A stretch of 63,240 nucleotides of DNA, filler included, from Reticulomyxa filosa (lineage: Eukaryota > Protista > Foraminifera): NCBI GenBank assembly GCA_000512085.1. It is 19 parts of 19 records of this genome, joined end to end, with 100 filler letters (N's around TTAATTAATTAA, not from the genome) between each part and the next. Parts side by side here need not be neighbours in the genome. Positions count along the whole stretch, not along the records: positions 35,822 to 41,598 come from ASPP01000575.1; positions 41,699 to 50,548 come from ASPP01046500.1; positions 50,649 to 56,640 come from ASPP01012131.1; 16 more parts are not named here. One strand, given 5' to 3'. Below, one piece after another: positions 37,487 through 51,262 of this stretch (positions within the stretch are counted from its first letter, which is position 1; each line of letters starts with the position of its first letter). The notes beneath the pieces were generated by a model that did no database searches, was not told the origin of the DNA, and was given only the letters and a program-made list of their open reading frames with translations. Both the position numbers and the translations under genes were made by a program.

Positions 37487-38100
37487 ATGCTTTCGAAAGC
37501 AGTTTCTTCATATGGCAAAACGTCCTTGCTAAGGATTCAACAAAGGTTTTGGTTTGATTATGTGAAGTATGCGAATGGAGAGGACTCAGTAAAGAAGACA
37601 GAAGAAACAGAAAAAGAGTACTCGTTGGCGGCAACAAAAAAGATCAATGATCGATTTTCGTGGTCATTCGTCGATTGGTCCCAAAAACACAAACCAGAGA
37701 TTGAGCGAATGGGCAGCAATAAAATCGCAATACAATCAATTTGAAAGTTATTTACGAAGCGTAGATGTGTCCGGAAGTGAAAGTAAGAAAGAGATTGAGT
37801 TGCATAGTCCCGAGAAAAAATCGCCGATCCAAAGTTTATCGACAAAATAGAAATTGATCATCATGTCCAAAAAAATACATTGCAATCGATCACAAACATA
37901 AGTTCATTGAGCGGATGGGACAATAAGAAAATCGATTCCTTTGAAGAATCGTTTCGAAAGAGCGGTGACTTGCTTTGGGAACCATTGAGCGAACATAGAT
38001 GCTAAATCGCATCAAAGCGGCTGAAGATGAAGACGCAAAGCAAAAAGTTATTATCGAAGAACTCCAAAAAGATTATGAACAATTGGATGCCTAGAGACTT
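37487..38100 (+). pseudogene. Frameshifted mitochondrial-targeted protein, weakly ATP synthase subunit d-like
   Basis: Presequence-like MLSKAVSSYGKTSLLRIQQRF. Pieces FSWSF, AAIKSQYNQFESYL and EKIADPKFIDKIE lie in three frames. Confidence 0.3.
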
Positions 38101-38492
38101 GTTACGTTGTTTGACTATATTTTTTTGTATATAAATTTGCATATATATTATTATGTGCAGTATTATTGAAATATTGTGTACACATACATATTTATTTATT
38201 TGTTCTTGTTGTTTGTGTGACTTTGTACAGTGCTGTGACATTAAACTTTACACATTATATAAGTCAACATCCTATATTCGCAGAAAGCAATGATGATTTC
38301 AAGTCGGCTAAACAATTCTTTTATGATTATTTTATGCACACCGCTTAAATGAACTAAATAAAAAAGATGAAATTACAACATTTTCATGATTTTCTAATAA
38401 TATCCACTTTTGAGGAAAAGATAATCTTTGAATATTATTTAACTTTTATTATACTATTTGTGTGGAACAAATTTATATTATATTGCATGATA

Positions 38493-39929
38493 AAGTCTCG
38501 ACAAAAAAAAATTCACAAATATGAACTTTTTGTGTTTATAACGAAAATTTTAGAGCAAATTTTGATTATTTTTTCTGGTTTACTGTATATAAGTTTATAC
38601 TTTTATAAGTAGTTGTAAAAACTATAAACAAAATTTTATAAAAGTTTTTTGAAGAAAAAATTTTTTAAAAATGATTGTAAGGTGGTTGTTTTCATGTTGG
38701 ACTTGCTTTAGTTGCGGTCACAATTTTCCATATAAACTTTTCTTTTTCAACATTCAAACAAGTTTTTTGTTTTTATTGTTATTCTTTGGCTTCTGGTCAT
38801 GACTCACAAGCTGTCTGGAATACAACAATAAATTTTATTTGAAATAATACTTATGATAATGGCTGGCCAGCAATTTCGGATAAATCATGACACAACAAAA
38901 AAAGTTTACATCAGTATCATCAACAGTGGAACGATTACACGCAAAAGAAACTATTGATGTCCTAAAACTTAGACTGATATAGATTCGCTTAATTTATTCT
39001 GGAGATGCACAAACAGCATTATATTTGCAGCAACTACTCGCACGAACAAATAAAAGAGCGTTCTCCTTGAGCAATAAAAAGAACATTTTAAAATAACAGG
39101 TTTAAATGGTCGCATATGTATCAAAAAGCATATGTTAACTAATGCTATAAAAATTTACGTTTAGATTTATCCAAAAAACACAAATCATGGATCAAAAGTG
39201 ATTGGAGAAAAGTGATTTTTTCCGATGAAATGAAAAATAAATCGTTTCAGAAGTTACTGAAAAGAATACATTTGGCGAAGACATAATGAAATGATTTCCG
39301 ATCGTACTACTAAGCCTACTGTGAAGGTGGTGGAGGAAGCATGATGATTTGGGGCAAAAGGAGTCTGTGATCTGTCAAAATCACAGTAACTGTTAACTCT
39401 GAGTTGTATAAATAGACTATCGCTGATAAAATGTGGGATTTTATCTTTCAGCAAGATAATGTATCTTGTCACAAGTCAAATTCGACTATGGGATTTTTGG
39501 AGAATCATTGAATAGCGCTCTTAGAATATTCTCCGCATAGCACAGACCTCAATCCAATCTAGAATATGTAGCGAATTATAAAGATGAAGATAAATCAAAA
39601 TCATGATGTTAAATCTTTGGAGAAGCTTTGTGATGTGTTTGATAAATGATATGAAGAAATTAACAAAGATATTTGTAGAACTTTATTGGAATCCATGCCT
39701 TACCTCAAGGTGATGTGGATATTGTGCATCAATTACAATCATTTTTGAAAATATTTTTCTTCAAAAAACTTTTCTAAATTTTTGTTTATTGTTTTTACAA
39801 ACTACTTATAAAAGTGTAAACGTATATCCAGTAAACCAGAAAAAATAATCACAATTTGATACTAAAATTTTTGTTAGAAACACAGAAAGTTCATATTTTA
39901 GGGTTGTCTAATTTTTTTTGTCGCAACTG
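38493..39929 (+). mobile_element. Defective Tc1-family (DD34E) DNA transposon, about 1.44 kb
   Basis: TIRs 38493-38680 and 39733-39929, with TA flanks and a CAGT-type right end. Transposase relics WRKVIFSDE, GGGSMMIWG, FQQDN, and DLNPI-(TAG in place of E) exactly 34 codons after the second D. Confidence 0.9.
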
Positions 39930-40925
39930 TATTACAATACTGGGATTAGTTTGTTAATATATTTCTTTTATTTTGTTGAGATTGCTTATTGATAGAAAAT
40001 TTCTACATAATACAAAAGGATAAAAAAGAAAGTTTACATCAAATACAAACTTACATTAGACTATTGATTTTCTCAATGAAAAATACATTTAATCAAAAAC
40101 TTTTTGAAAATATACAAATCATGTAGTTTTTAAATATGCGTTTTTTTTATTTTATTCAATCTTTCGAAATTTTTCTACAATTTTTTTAATTTCAAACTTG
40201 TTGTTAATGTTAAAATTTCGTGAATACGAGAAACAATAATATCAATTTTTTAAAGACAAATAAAAAATAAAGTATTGAAAAAATTGTGAAAGATTAATAG
40301 AAAATCAAATTATTAGTTTGTAGATAATAATATATTGTATATTACAATTACTTTCTTCTTTTTCTTTATTTTCATATTTCTTTTAAATAAACATATTTTT
40401 CAATTTGAACATATTTCTTTCCAACGTTAAATAAAATTATGTCTTTTTTTTAACTTAATTGTTTTTAATTTTAACTTTGCTAATGCGTTCACTGCACATT
40501 AACAATATATTAACACTGAATTTTATTAATTGATATTAAATTTCTTCAATATGTATATATTTTAAATGTACTTACGTTTTTGCTGTTGGGCCATGCTCCT
40601 TTGAAGCGGGGTCATATAACCATCCCTCTAAAAAAAAGTTATGCATGTCAGTTATAAGTTCTACCCATACTTTTTTCGATCTTTTGGATTGGCAATATAT
40701 GGACCAATAAGAATAAGTCATTAAATAGATATCCTTTTCTTTGTTGTTGACGAAATGTAAGCCTACGTTCAAGTTTCATATGTACACTTGCGTGATAGAG
40801 TTTATGTTGAATTTCTTGTAACAACAATTTTTTTGACGGTTCGTGTGGTCGTAAATTGAAACCGGATTTTTTGCAAAAAAAAGAAAAAAGGACGAATTAC
40901 TCGTTCCAAATTTTTTAGATATCAA

Positions 40926-41564
40926 ATGTCTGTTGGAAAAATATTTCAGGTGTGTCCTGTCCAAAAAAGTAATCCATTGATAACATTTACAGTGGATTTG
41001 AGGAATGGGTTTTTCTTGACCGGTCTCGCAAGTGGCACAGTGGATGCGTGGCTGGTTCCAGCAGAATTGGGCGGAACAACAAATTTGAAAGAAACCTCGC
41101 ATGTGGTAGATGGAGGGAACAACTTATCACAAGAAGAGAAATACTCGACATATTTGTGTCGACGACTAATTGACGGAGATAACGAGAGCATTCGTCATAT
41201 TTACGTGCAGTATTATGACGACAGCAACAAAAGTCAAAGTCAAGAAAGCAAATCGCGCTCGAGCGGGTCGAAGCCGGACAAGCCAAGTCTACTGAATTGT
41301 AGCATCATATCAGTGGTTGGAGACTCTCATTTTCGCGTGTGGCGAGGATACAGCAGCGATCAGTCTTACACAATCCCATATAACGACTACAACCACACAA
41401 GCCATGCCTGTGCAGATGCGAGAATAGTATGCTATCGAAACCATGTATTGCTGTTTCCACAGCAGCCAAATAAAGGTCAAAAATCGCGTTTTCATTATAT
41501 CGATTTGGAATCGTTGGGTGCACAAGGACTAGAACAAGTAAGAATTAGGGGAGAAGAGAGAGAG

Positions 41565-41598
<34 letters not shown>
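40926..41598 (+). CDS. Beta-propeller/WD40-like protein, first exon (partial)
   Basis: FFLTGLASGTVDAW and ISVVGDSHFRVW resemble WD40 strands. Confidence 0.45.
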
Positions 41599-41998
41599 NN
41601 NNNNNNNNNNNNNNNNNNNNNNNNNNNNNNNNNNNNNNNNNNTTAATTAATTAANNNNNNNNNNNNNNNNNNNNNNNNNNNNNNNNNNNNNNNNNNNNTG
41701 CGGACACTTGTATGTACATTGAGTTAGCAATCATAATACTTTCCAAGGTGTAGTGATCGTCTGGATCGTGATTGTGACAACATTGCAAGAAATAAAGCGT
41801 CGTGTGGAAGCAAGACAGACATTGTGTAAAGTTCATAATTTTGTGAATAAATGTGCCATTTGCGATCAGTTGAGCTGATTATCGTTGATGAATCATGTAT
41901 CAAGAGCATGACATAACATTACAACATACTATTTGACAGTAGACCGAAAACATTCAGATTTAATATCGTACAATAACCACAATATTAATATAATACAG

Positions 41999-42323
41999 TA
42001 TAATGCAAATAAAGTTTAAACATAAAACGTCACCTTATATAGATTATTGATTTTCTTCATGAAAAAACAACATTAATAACTAATTTTTTTTAAAAAAATA
42101 GCTACAAATCGTGAAATTTTTCTAGAAAATTTTCAAAAATCAATAAAATATTCAAATTTTTTAAATACTTAGTAAATATATAATAAAAAATCAAAATAAT
42201 ATTTAAAAACTACACTATTTGTAGATATTTTTAAAAAATTAAGTCTTAATGTTGTTTTTTCATAAAGAAAATCCATCATCTATATAAGGTGCTGTTTTAT
42301 TTGTTAACTTTACTTGCATTATA
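41999..42323. mobile_element. AT-rich MITE (fold-back element)
   Basis: TATAATGCAA..CACCTTATATAGATTATTGATTTTCTTCATGAAAAAACAACATTAA..CTACAAAT recurs inverted at 42210-42323. Confidence 0.8.
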
Positions 42324-43342
42324 ATTTACTTCATTCTAACTGCAATTATCTTTGCAACTGTATGTTCTTTAGTTATATTATATTTTTTAAATTTATTCAA
42401 GAGATAATAAGCATCATATTCACTAAATCAAAATATTATTTTCGTATAATAACATATAATTTTTTACAGCATTTATTATTTATTTCGCATGAAAAAAATG
42501 TCTAAAAACAATTTCATAACGCTGCAAATATGAATGAATACGAAGAAGTTTGGGCAATCGCAGTATGATTTTTTCTTCTGGATTCCACATCCAACAAAAC
42601 ATCGACAATCGTTACACTGAATGTTCAATTTACCCACCCGTTTGAGCGCTTTCGAAGAATCATTCTTCATCTCCACTTTTGACTAGGGCATTGAGACTAA
42701 ACACATGAAAAACCTGGTATGAAAAGATGAGTAATAGATAGGGCAGTGTGAATAATTTCATTTATTTTATTTTAATTTTTGTTTTTTTTTAGAAATCAAT
42801 CAGTTTTTTGAGATATTCCTTTCCCCCTCCTCGTTCGTTCTTTTGTTCCGTTGCACAAAAATTCCTTTATTAATATTTTTACTTTTTGCTTTTTTTTATA
42901 GTTTGCTCTTTTTCCTCCTTTTTTTCTTCTCTAAGTGTTTTTCACATCAATCCGGTTTAGTCATAAATAAAACACATGTAAAATGACAATTGCAATGGGA
43001 GAAAAGATTTTTCATCACCAACTTGTCTACAACGATTATGCAAAGTTGTCCAGAAATTTTTTCAACTTAGGATCATTGCTTGAGAAAATTTTTAAAACAA
43101 CATTTTTGAGCAAATGTCTATACTGATCAACTTTAAGCATTTTTTGATTCAGGAAGAGATTTATTTCTTGTATCAAAGCTAAAAATTTTGCATTGTTATG
43201 ATAATCAATTTTGTACGATTTTACACTAACCGCACAATGTGTTCAAGTATATAATGACAAAAAAATGACATAAACAAGGTAAACCGTTCAAATTGAGTGG
43301 ACCTTTCATGAAGCTGGCACACAAGAAGGGGAAAACACATAC

Positions 43343-44654
43343 ATGGGAAATACAGGCAACAAGGAAATAGATGTTCAGGGTATCTTTTCATCCTTGCCAA
43401 ATGTTCCGACTGCCCTTTTTCAGAGTCAGTGTGTGGTCTGGAAAGATGAAATATTAATCTGTGGAGGAAGACCACACAACCACCACTGCTATTCCTATCA
43501 CACCACAAAAAGAAAATACAAAAAAATATGTGAATATCCTCACACCATTCGGATCTTTGGGCATGTGGTAGTGAAATGCGAGAGTGACAATAACGAGTTG
43601 ACATTATTGTCATTTGGTGGAGTGGATGTATCCAAATACACACTACTGATGAGTTATCAAAGTGTGTGGGAAAAGAGCAGAAGGAAAGAAAAGAAGAAAA
43701 ACGAATGGCGAGTAGTCCATCACGACACATCATTTGGAACAAGAAAGAGTAATTTGACAGGAGCGAGTGCATTGATTGGTGGGAAAAATAAAGATTTATT
43801 GTTTGTGACATATTTTCCAAATAAGATTGACGTAATCGATATGAAAACATATCACTATGTATGCGGAACGGGTAGTAATAGATTACCAATAAAAAGTCCC
43901 TATAGCCTTCAAAATCACTGCTTTGTACCTTTGACATCATCGAATCAAACAGTTGTAAATCATTTTCTTTTGATTCATAAAAACCTGAGTCTGTTAATCA
44001 AGTATAACGAAGAGGATAAAAAATTTTGCTACGAGTCATTACCGACATGTCCTTCTTTGGCCACTTGTGATTGTTATGGGTTCATTTCCTTCAATGATCA
44101 AATTTTTTTTTTTGGAGGCTATGACGCGAGTGCAATGACGGAAATAGACTACATTTTTATCTACGCTATGAAAGATAGAGCATGGACCCAGTCGAAACAC
44201 AGTTTACCCATTCCGACACGCGGATGTTGTCCTGTTTTGATCGGTGATGGCAGATTTCTACATCTCGTCGGTGGTCTCGCTCATCATCGCACACAAGCTA
44301 TGCATTTAGCTACCACTGTAAGAGCCTTTGACCAGGTGTGTTTTTTTTTTTTCTTTTTGTCTGTAATTCATTTGGTGATTATTTGACCATTTTTCAATAC
44401 AAAACAATTGCTACATTTATATACCATCGTTGCTTTTGTATACGTATAAACTTTTTTTTTGTGAAATAATGATTCCCCCTTTCCTTTGTTACGGTTTTCC
44501 TTTTTGCTGCAAACCGTGATGAATCTATATTGTGCAAACTAAGTGGCCACAAAAAGAGATAATGTCAATAACAGCATATTGGCAACGGCAAAGTGGAGCA
44601 AAGATGCTGGGATGGATCAGAGAATTCTTTTATATCATCGCAACTTATTTGTAA
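43343..44654 (+). CDS. Kelch-repeat protein of the expanded Reticulomyxa-type family
   Basis: QSQCVVWKDEILICGG..CYSYH..KICEYP..LLSFGG..YQSVW..ALIGGKNKDLLF..HCFV..FFGG..LHLVGG. Intron 44336-44543. Last exon ..AYWQRQSGAKMLGWIREF..YL-stop. Confidence 0.88.
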
Positions 44655-45325
44655 ATTGATTTTCATAGTCACTATGTGCACTATCTGGAATGCCTTGATA
44701 TCATCAAAGCTTTATTTGGTCTCCCATCTTTCGTCCCGTTTTTTCGGTCTCAATTGAATTGTTAAGGGAACCACATAGATTTTATCAATTGTATTTTTCA
44801 TGACATAACGAACCTACAACTATTTGAGGAGATGCTTGTGTTGTTGCACCAATTTCGCTGAGTAATCCTCCTCACAAAGACATGGTTGTGTTTGTCTTTT
44901 TTATTACTCTTATTATCGTTCAACTTGTTGATGTTAGTTAAACATTATCACATCTCACAACAAAACTTGTTTCGTAAAGTAGCGTTACTAAATCTGAGCG
45001 TTCAATCGAGCCACTTTTTCCAAGATTTTTTTTTTGCTACTTTTAAAAAATACTATGAAAATATGTAAGCGTTTCTATCAATTAAAAAAAGAAAAACAAA
45101 TTGAGGCAAATTGGAGTTTGAGAACATTATTTGAGTAAGCAAAAAAACTCGTTCAAGCTCAAGACTGACAATATACATGTCAAAAACCAAAAAAAAAAAA
45201 AGAGGAAAGGGCATGTTGTTGTCAACCGAGCAAAGAAGGTATTTAAAAAAAAACAACACCAGCAAAAAAAAAACAACACACCACACTCACATATTCACAT
45301 ACAAAATGCTCTTTTGTATTGTGAA

Positions 45326-47305
45326 TTAAGTTTCCATGTCAAAGAGTAAATCAATATTTTTTTCGCCATAGTGATCGCCATAGTCGCAGATATCGTCACC
45401 ACCAATGCCCGAAGGGAAAATGCTTGTATTACATAAATTATCAAAATCTAAATCCATCAGCTCATGACTGTTTTCATTTCTTTGGTCCCAGAAGCATTTG
45501 GAATTGAAATTGGGTACATTGGACAGCAAAGGTTTGTCATCTTCCGTTTTGCACTGTTGTTGCTGTTGGCGCTGTTGTTGTTCCAATTTGAACGTCAGTT
45601 TTTCAATTTGGTTGGTATTTTGCAATAATTGTCGCTTCAGCTCAGCGTTTTCATTTTTCAAAAATTGCTGCAATTCTTCGGCTTTTTCAACGCCATTGTG
45701 ACATTGCTGCGGTTGAAAACGTTGAAACAAATCGCAACAATGTCTTGCCAACTGTTGATTTATGCACTTCAAACGTTCGTGTTCCAATTGTAACAGTGTT
45801 GCTTGCTCTCTCAACATTGACGCTTCACGTTCTTTGTATCGTAACGTCTCAATGTCATTTGGCTTTGGCACAGGAGATCGATAATTCTCAAAACATTTTA
45901 TAGATGCATCGACATGGACATTCACGCTTGTGCAAGGATTGACGCTTGCATTGGCACTGCCACCGATACCTCCATTCAAGTTGAAGATTGGAATTTTTGG
46001 AATGGCCAACAATCCTTTCGATGCGTGCATGGTAGTTGAATCACAAATATGCATTTTTGCTTGTAATGATCACTCAGCATCTGATAGTGTCAAACAAACC
46101 ATGAAATCACATCTTTTTTTGTTTCATTGTTGTTAGTCACGAGTGTCGTAAATTTTATTTCTTATCCCAAAAAAAAAAAAGTACGTACAAATAAAAAATA
46201 TAAAAAAAAAATGCAAAACTGTGCACAGTCGGACAAAATCTTCTCGCGTGATTGGCTCGGAAACTCTTTGCTCTGTTTCATCGCATGCTTCATTCACATA
46301 ACGCTTTAAAGCAAGCACAAATTCGTTTTTTCGCTTTTCATTGAAGCAACTGTCAAATACAATAGGAATTGTTTGTGAGCCGCTTTTCGCAATTCTGGAC
46401 GGTTTGAATGTTCCCATTAACCAATTAGTGACCCTTCTTTTTTTTTTTTTTTTTTTATAGGTATGTTACTTCGATCCGGTTGTTTTTTTTTTTTAAAAAA
46501 GGTAATACCACCTCTTAGTTTTTTTAAAAAACTAAAAAACAACAAAAGTTTTGGAACAAACTTTCCAAAATATCCATTTGCTACAAGATGACTGAGCAGA
46601 CGCAGGTACGTGAGATAATAACGGATGTCGCTTTGATATCTGTAGTTAATTGTTAGTATTTTTAAACATTGTTTTTTTTTTAAAAAAAACATGTTTTATT
46701 GATACCTCAAATAAGTGCCGCAAAAAAGGAGTAAAGTAATTGGTACAATAATACTTGTTCTTTTTACATCGAACATTGGTTGTGTTGGCAAACAACTCTT
46801 CCACAAATTTCTCCGGGCTTTGTGATGGTATGTATGAAAATAGTTCGTGTAATTCAATGTTTTGATTTGCAACCTGTCCCAGTTCTTTGGCGAGTTGAAT
46901 GTCGGCCTTTCATAAAAAAAAAAAAAAAAGAAAAAATGAGTTTTCTTTCCTTTTTTTTTTGGTGTGGTAACGTGTATATGTACGTATATCTGTAGTGTAC
47001 GTAGGTTAATTTAATGAAAGAATAAAACTATAGAGATGTAGATTTTAAAACACTTGTTGGATGCAATGAACCGACGATTCACCTCGATCAATGTACAAAC
47101 GGCTTTCCTTTTTCACTTTGCAGTCATCATTTACGTCCTCACCACTTTTTTTGGGTTTGGGTTTACTTGGCGATCTTCCTGTCAACAGTCCACTGTTTGC
47201 AAAACTACCATCTCCATTTTCTCCCCAGTCATTCCCATTTTGAGGAAGGAATTTCAAGCCTGGTGGAGAAAATTCGCCATTTCCAATCAGATCACACATA
47301 TACAT
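45326..47305 (-). CDS. Hypothetical multi-exon protein with a C-terminal coiled coil
   Basis: Successive exon-like ORFs. Last exon contains LREQATLLQLEHERLK..LKNENAELKRQL. Start not resolved. Confidence 0.45.
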
Positions 47306-47508
47306 GCACTGAGAATTCTAATTTTTTTTTGCAGAAACTCTAGTTTTGAAAAGGAACAGACAAAAAAATAATCAATTACCACTTTGTAGTATTTTTCAAA
47401 TTCTGTTTTAGAGGTCGATTTTCTATCTCCAATAAAATCAAAGGAATCTATAGCGTTTGTTGTGATTTTTTACCCCTGTGAGTTTTTTTTGAATCAAGAG
47501 CCATATCA

Positions 47509-49185
47509 ATGAACGAAAATAATGATGTTGAAAACGATAACCCCAGTGAAGTGAATCTGGATGATCTGTTTGAGCCAGAAGAGGATGAAGAGGCTGTGAT
47601 CGTAGAGAAAGAGTCCTCGCCAGTGGCTGTTCCTCAAGAAAACAAAAGCAACGAGGAGAGCAAAGCTGTTTATGGAGAATTAAGTACTCAAGACGAGTTG
47701 AATTCATTGTTTGGGGAGAATGAGCCTCCAAATGAAGTGGGTGCCAATGAGAATGACGAGTTATTTATCTGATTTAAACAATAGCCCCATGTATTGAAGA
47801 AAATAAATGTTTTTTTAAGAAATCGATTAAAGAGCATTTGCGCAACAAAAAAAAAAAAAAGAGGGAGAGATGAGGATTAAAAAACCCTAACATTTCGTAA
47901 TATGTATGTCAAACATTTACTTAGGGAAGTGAATGAGGGATACATACGATCATACCAGAAGGACCAGTAAAGTCTGTAGAAACATCGTTTTTGTTGCGAC
48001 CATCCGTCGAGAGTGACCCAGAAGCGAAAAAGGATGAAACATTAAAAGCCCGAATTCATTTAGTAAAATTTCCAAAATCAATCGGATACGACACAGAAAA
48101 GTTTGATCCTGCCAAATTTGTGCCATCTACTGATCCTATCAAAAAGAACTTTATTTGCTGGAGAATTTTTACCGACAAAAGCACTGAAGAACAGTTTGTT
48201 ACGTCATCTCAATGGCCAAAAAAAAAAAAAAGAAAGAAAAATAAGTTGTCAATGAACAAAAAGAAAAGTCTTGGATTGTTTGTTTGTTTGTTTGTTTAGC
48301 GTGTATGTATTGTGTTAAATGATTTTGTAAAATGTGTTCGACTTGTTCAAAAAAAAAAAAGAAAGAAAGCAATACCCGTTTGTTGAAGTGGAGCGACGGG
48401 AGTTTATCTCTAATGATTGGCAAGGAAATATTCGATATTGAAGAGAGTGCATTGGATAGCGGCCGAGATTACTTGTACGCGAAATTGCACAATGCAGAAG
48501 GCATGAATTTGTACAAATGCCATGGGGATGTCATTTCTCGTTTCAATGTACGCTCGCGTACTGAAAATATGATCACCGCGATGAAAGAAAGAATGTCACA
48601 ACAAGCCAAAAGAATTGCATTGCATTCTGTCAAAGAATCCAAATCAGCTCAACGTGCCAATGTTTGTCCTCTTCTTATCTCATTCGTCATGAAGAGGAGG
48701 GACGAGAGACAAATATTAACATATACAAACTACAGAGACAAAAAAGTGAACACAATCCACTACTTGCAGAAAAAGAAAAGCTCATACAAAGACAAAGTAA
48801 ACGGCTACCAGGGCCTGCCCGAATATCCAAAGCGTTCTTGGAACAAGGGGCTAAAGATAGTGAATCGGACGATGAAGTAAAGTATCCAAGAGATTCTCGG
48901 TTTGTTGAATTTATTTATATATTTTTTTTTTGGGAGATGACGGATTGTGGATTTATATCATCTCTTTCTTAAAAAAAAAAATCAGCAATATTAAACAATA
49001 AAAGGGGTTCAAAGCTTAGTCCTCAGAATGCGAGCAGCGATGATGAGCAGCATGGCCGATCACAACCTCGACCGCAAATAATTGGGCAGAAACGTAAAAC
49101 TACCGAATCTTCCTCGTCTTCGGGAGATAGTGAACCAATTGTGCGTAAAAGAATACAAGTATTGGACTCTGATGATGATCCTTGA
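47509..49185 (+). CDS. LEO1: Paf1 complex subunit Leo1 (multi-exon)
   Basis: Acidic N-terminus with DDLF, then LVKFPKSIGYDTEKFDP, NFICWR and ESNTRLLKWSDGSLSLMIGKEIFDI. Ends RKRIQVLDSDDDP-stop. Confidence 0.9.
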
Positions 49186-49503
49186 ATCCGACTATTATAC
49201 ATTACAGAGGAAAAAAAAACGAAAAACTTGCAACAGTGATACTTTTTTCTCTCCTTTCAATATAAATGTCATAAGCGCTGATTTGTGCACAAAAATTTGA
49301 ATTGAAAAAAACCTCCCGCTTATTCTTACTGAAGACTACACAACTACATTGCATCAAGGGTTTTATGACCATTCATTTCGAAAATGAGAGGGTTTGAAAA
49401 CTTTAATTTTTTTTTTTGGCATTAAAAATGTTTGTTGGTATTAATTTCGAATTGAACAATAACGAAAGATAAGGAAGAAAAAAGGGGACCTCCAAATGCA
49501 TAA

Positions 49504-50292
49504 CTATTTTCTATTCTTTTTGTTTTGATCATTTCGATTGGGATTAAGGTACGTGTTAGTAAGTTCTACATGCAGTTCTGCCATCGTTTTGTCAAATTGA
49601 TACATGTATACCATATCAATTCCCCAATTTTTTAGTAATGACTTTAAGCGGGTTTGTGGCAATTCAGGATCTTTATCTTTTTCGTAGTCCCAAACATCAG
49701 CACTTTCGCTTGTGATAGTGCCCAATTTTACAACCATTGTTTCTGGTTTACTTTCTTTCTTTGACGAGATAAAATACTTCTGTATTCCCTTCACCTTCTC
49801 AGTGTAGTGTTTCTCAGAGCATCCCTTACCTTCTAAGCCTGGCAACTTGGCTGCACGTCCACAACCAATAAAACCTAATGCCAAACATGGATGTTTTTTT
49901 ATTTATTTTATGTTGCGAAATTACCAAACGAGGAAAATAAACATATTGGAGTGTCACAAGTTGCACGAGTATACGTATTTGTACAAAGAGCAATATCACC
50001 TACCATCTCCTAAATTAAGCCATAAATTGGATTCAATTCCGCAGTCACTGCATTTTGGTACAACACGAAACTCAGCAATTATCGTGAGCACATGTGACGG
50101 TAAGTAGTTGACTTGGTCTATTCGACACATGTGATCAACACAAGTTGAACAATCCTTGAAATCTTTTGCCATCAATTTATTTATTGGAATCAAGCGTCTT
50201 TCCCAGTTTTCCAAGTAGTCGCCTAAGTACTCCGCGTTTCGTGGCTGGGAAGACTGTCTTTCCAAATTTGGCGTTATCTGTTTTGTATTCAT
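49504..50292 (-). CDS. Stand-alone USP5/USP13-type ZnF-UBP (BUZ) domain protein, 2 exons
   Basis: Intron 49875-50003 joins KCSDCGIESNLWLNLGDG/FIGCGR..GKGCSEKHY..MVVKLGTIT..ADVWDYEKD..KNWGIDM..DKTMAEL, then a stop. Confidence 0.85.
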
Positions 50293-51262
50293 TTGTATAA
50301 TTCAAATGAAGGACAATCAAAGAAATGTCAAAGATTAGGGCTTATAATTTAAAAAAATTATCTTTTCATGGTCCTTAGGGTGCACCCTTTTTGTTCTAGA
50401 AAACAGGAAACAGTATTAATTAAATCTGCCTGTGTTGATAACAAAAGATATTATAAGAGGAACTGATGGAATAGGTCCTATCTCACAATGTTAAATGCTG
50501 AAAGATTTACAGTAAGATAAAAAAGAAAGTTGACACCTAAAATGCCACNNNNNNNNNNNNNNNNNNNNNNNNNNNNNNNNNNNNNNNNNNNNTTAATTAA
50601 TTAANNNNNNNNNNNNNNNNNNNNNNNNNNNNNNNNNNNNNNNNNNNNTTGAATCTCGACAATACAACTTTCTCCATCTAAAAAAAAAAAAATAAGTTTG
50701 CAAAAAGTTCAACACGAATGGACCAAAAAAAAAAAATTGAAATATATATAGATTAAACAGTTTGAGCTGACAAGAAAATTACAAGGATGTGATGAAACCG
50801 AATTTGTTATGTGCAATTTATAGGGTTCAATGCTGCTTCTAGAATCCTAGAATAAAAAAATATTTATTGGAGAGAATGTGTGTGAATTTTTTTCTCACGA
50901 ATAAATCATGACAAAGGGTTCTGTCGTTTGCCGATGATGCAAATCGAGGGTTAATGTTATTTTACTCAATGTCTTTGTTGAGACACATTTAAATTAATCG
51001 AATTGCTTTGCCAAGGTCTTATTGATTCAAGGCCTTATATAAAAAAATAATATCAGTTTCGATGAAGCAATAACACCAACTTTTTTTATTTATTAAAAAA
51101 CACAAAACTCCTGACAAACAATATATTTCGGGAAAAAGGAATAATCAGACTTGTGAGCAAGTCCGTTTTCACCTAAGATGAGCTGTTCCTTTGTGTAAAG
51201 TTCATTTTGAACGGGCCTGACCCAGTTATTAAGGAAAATACAACCGGAAAGGGTGGCTTATA

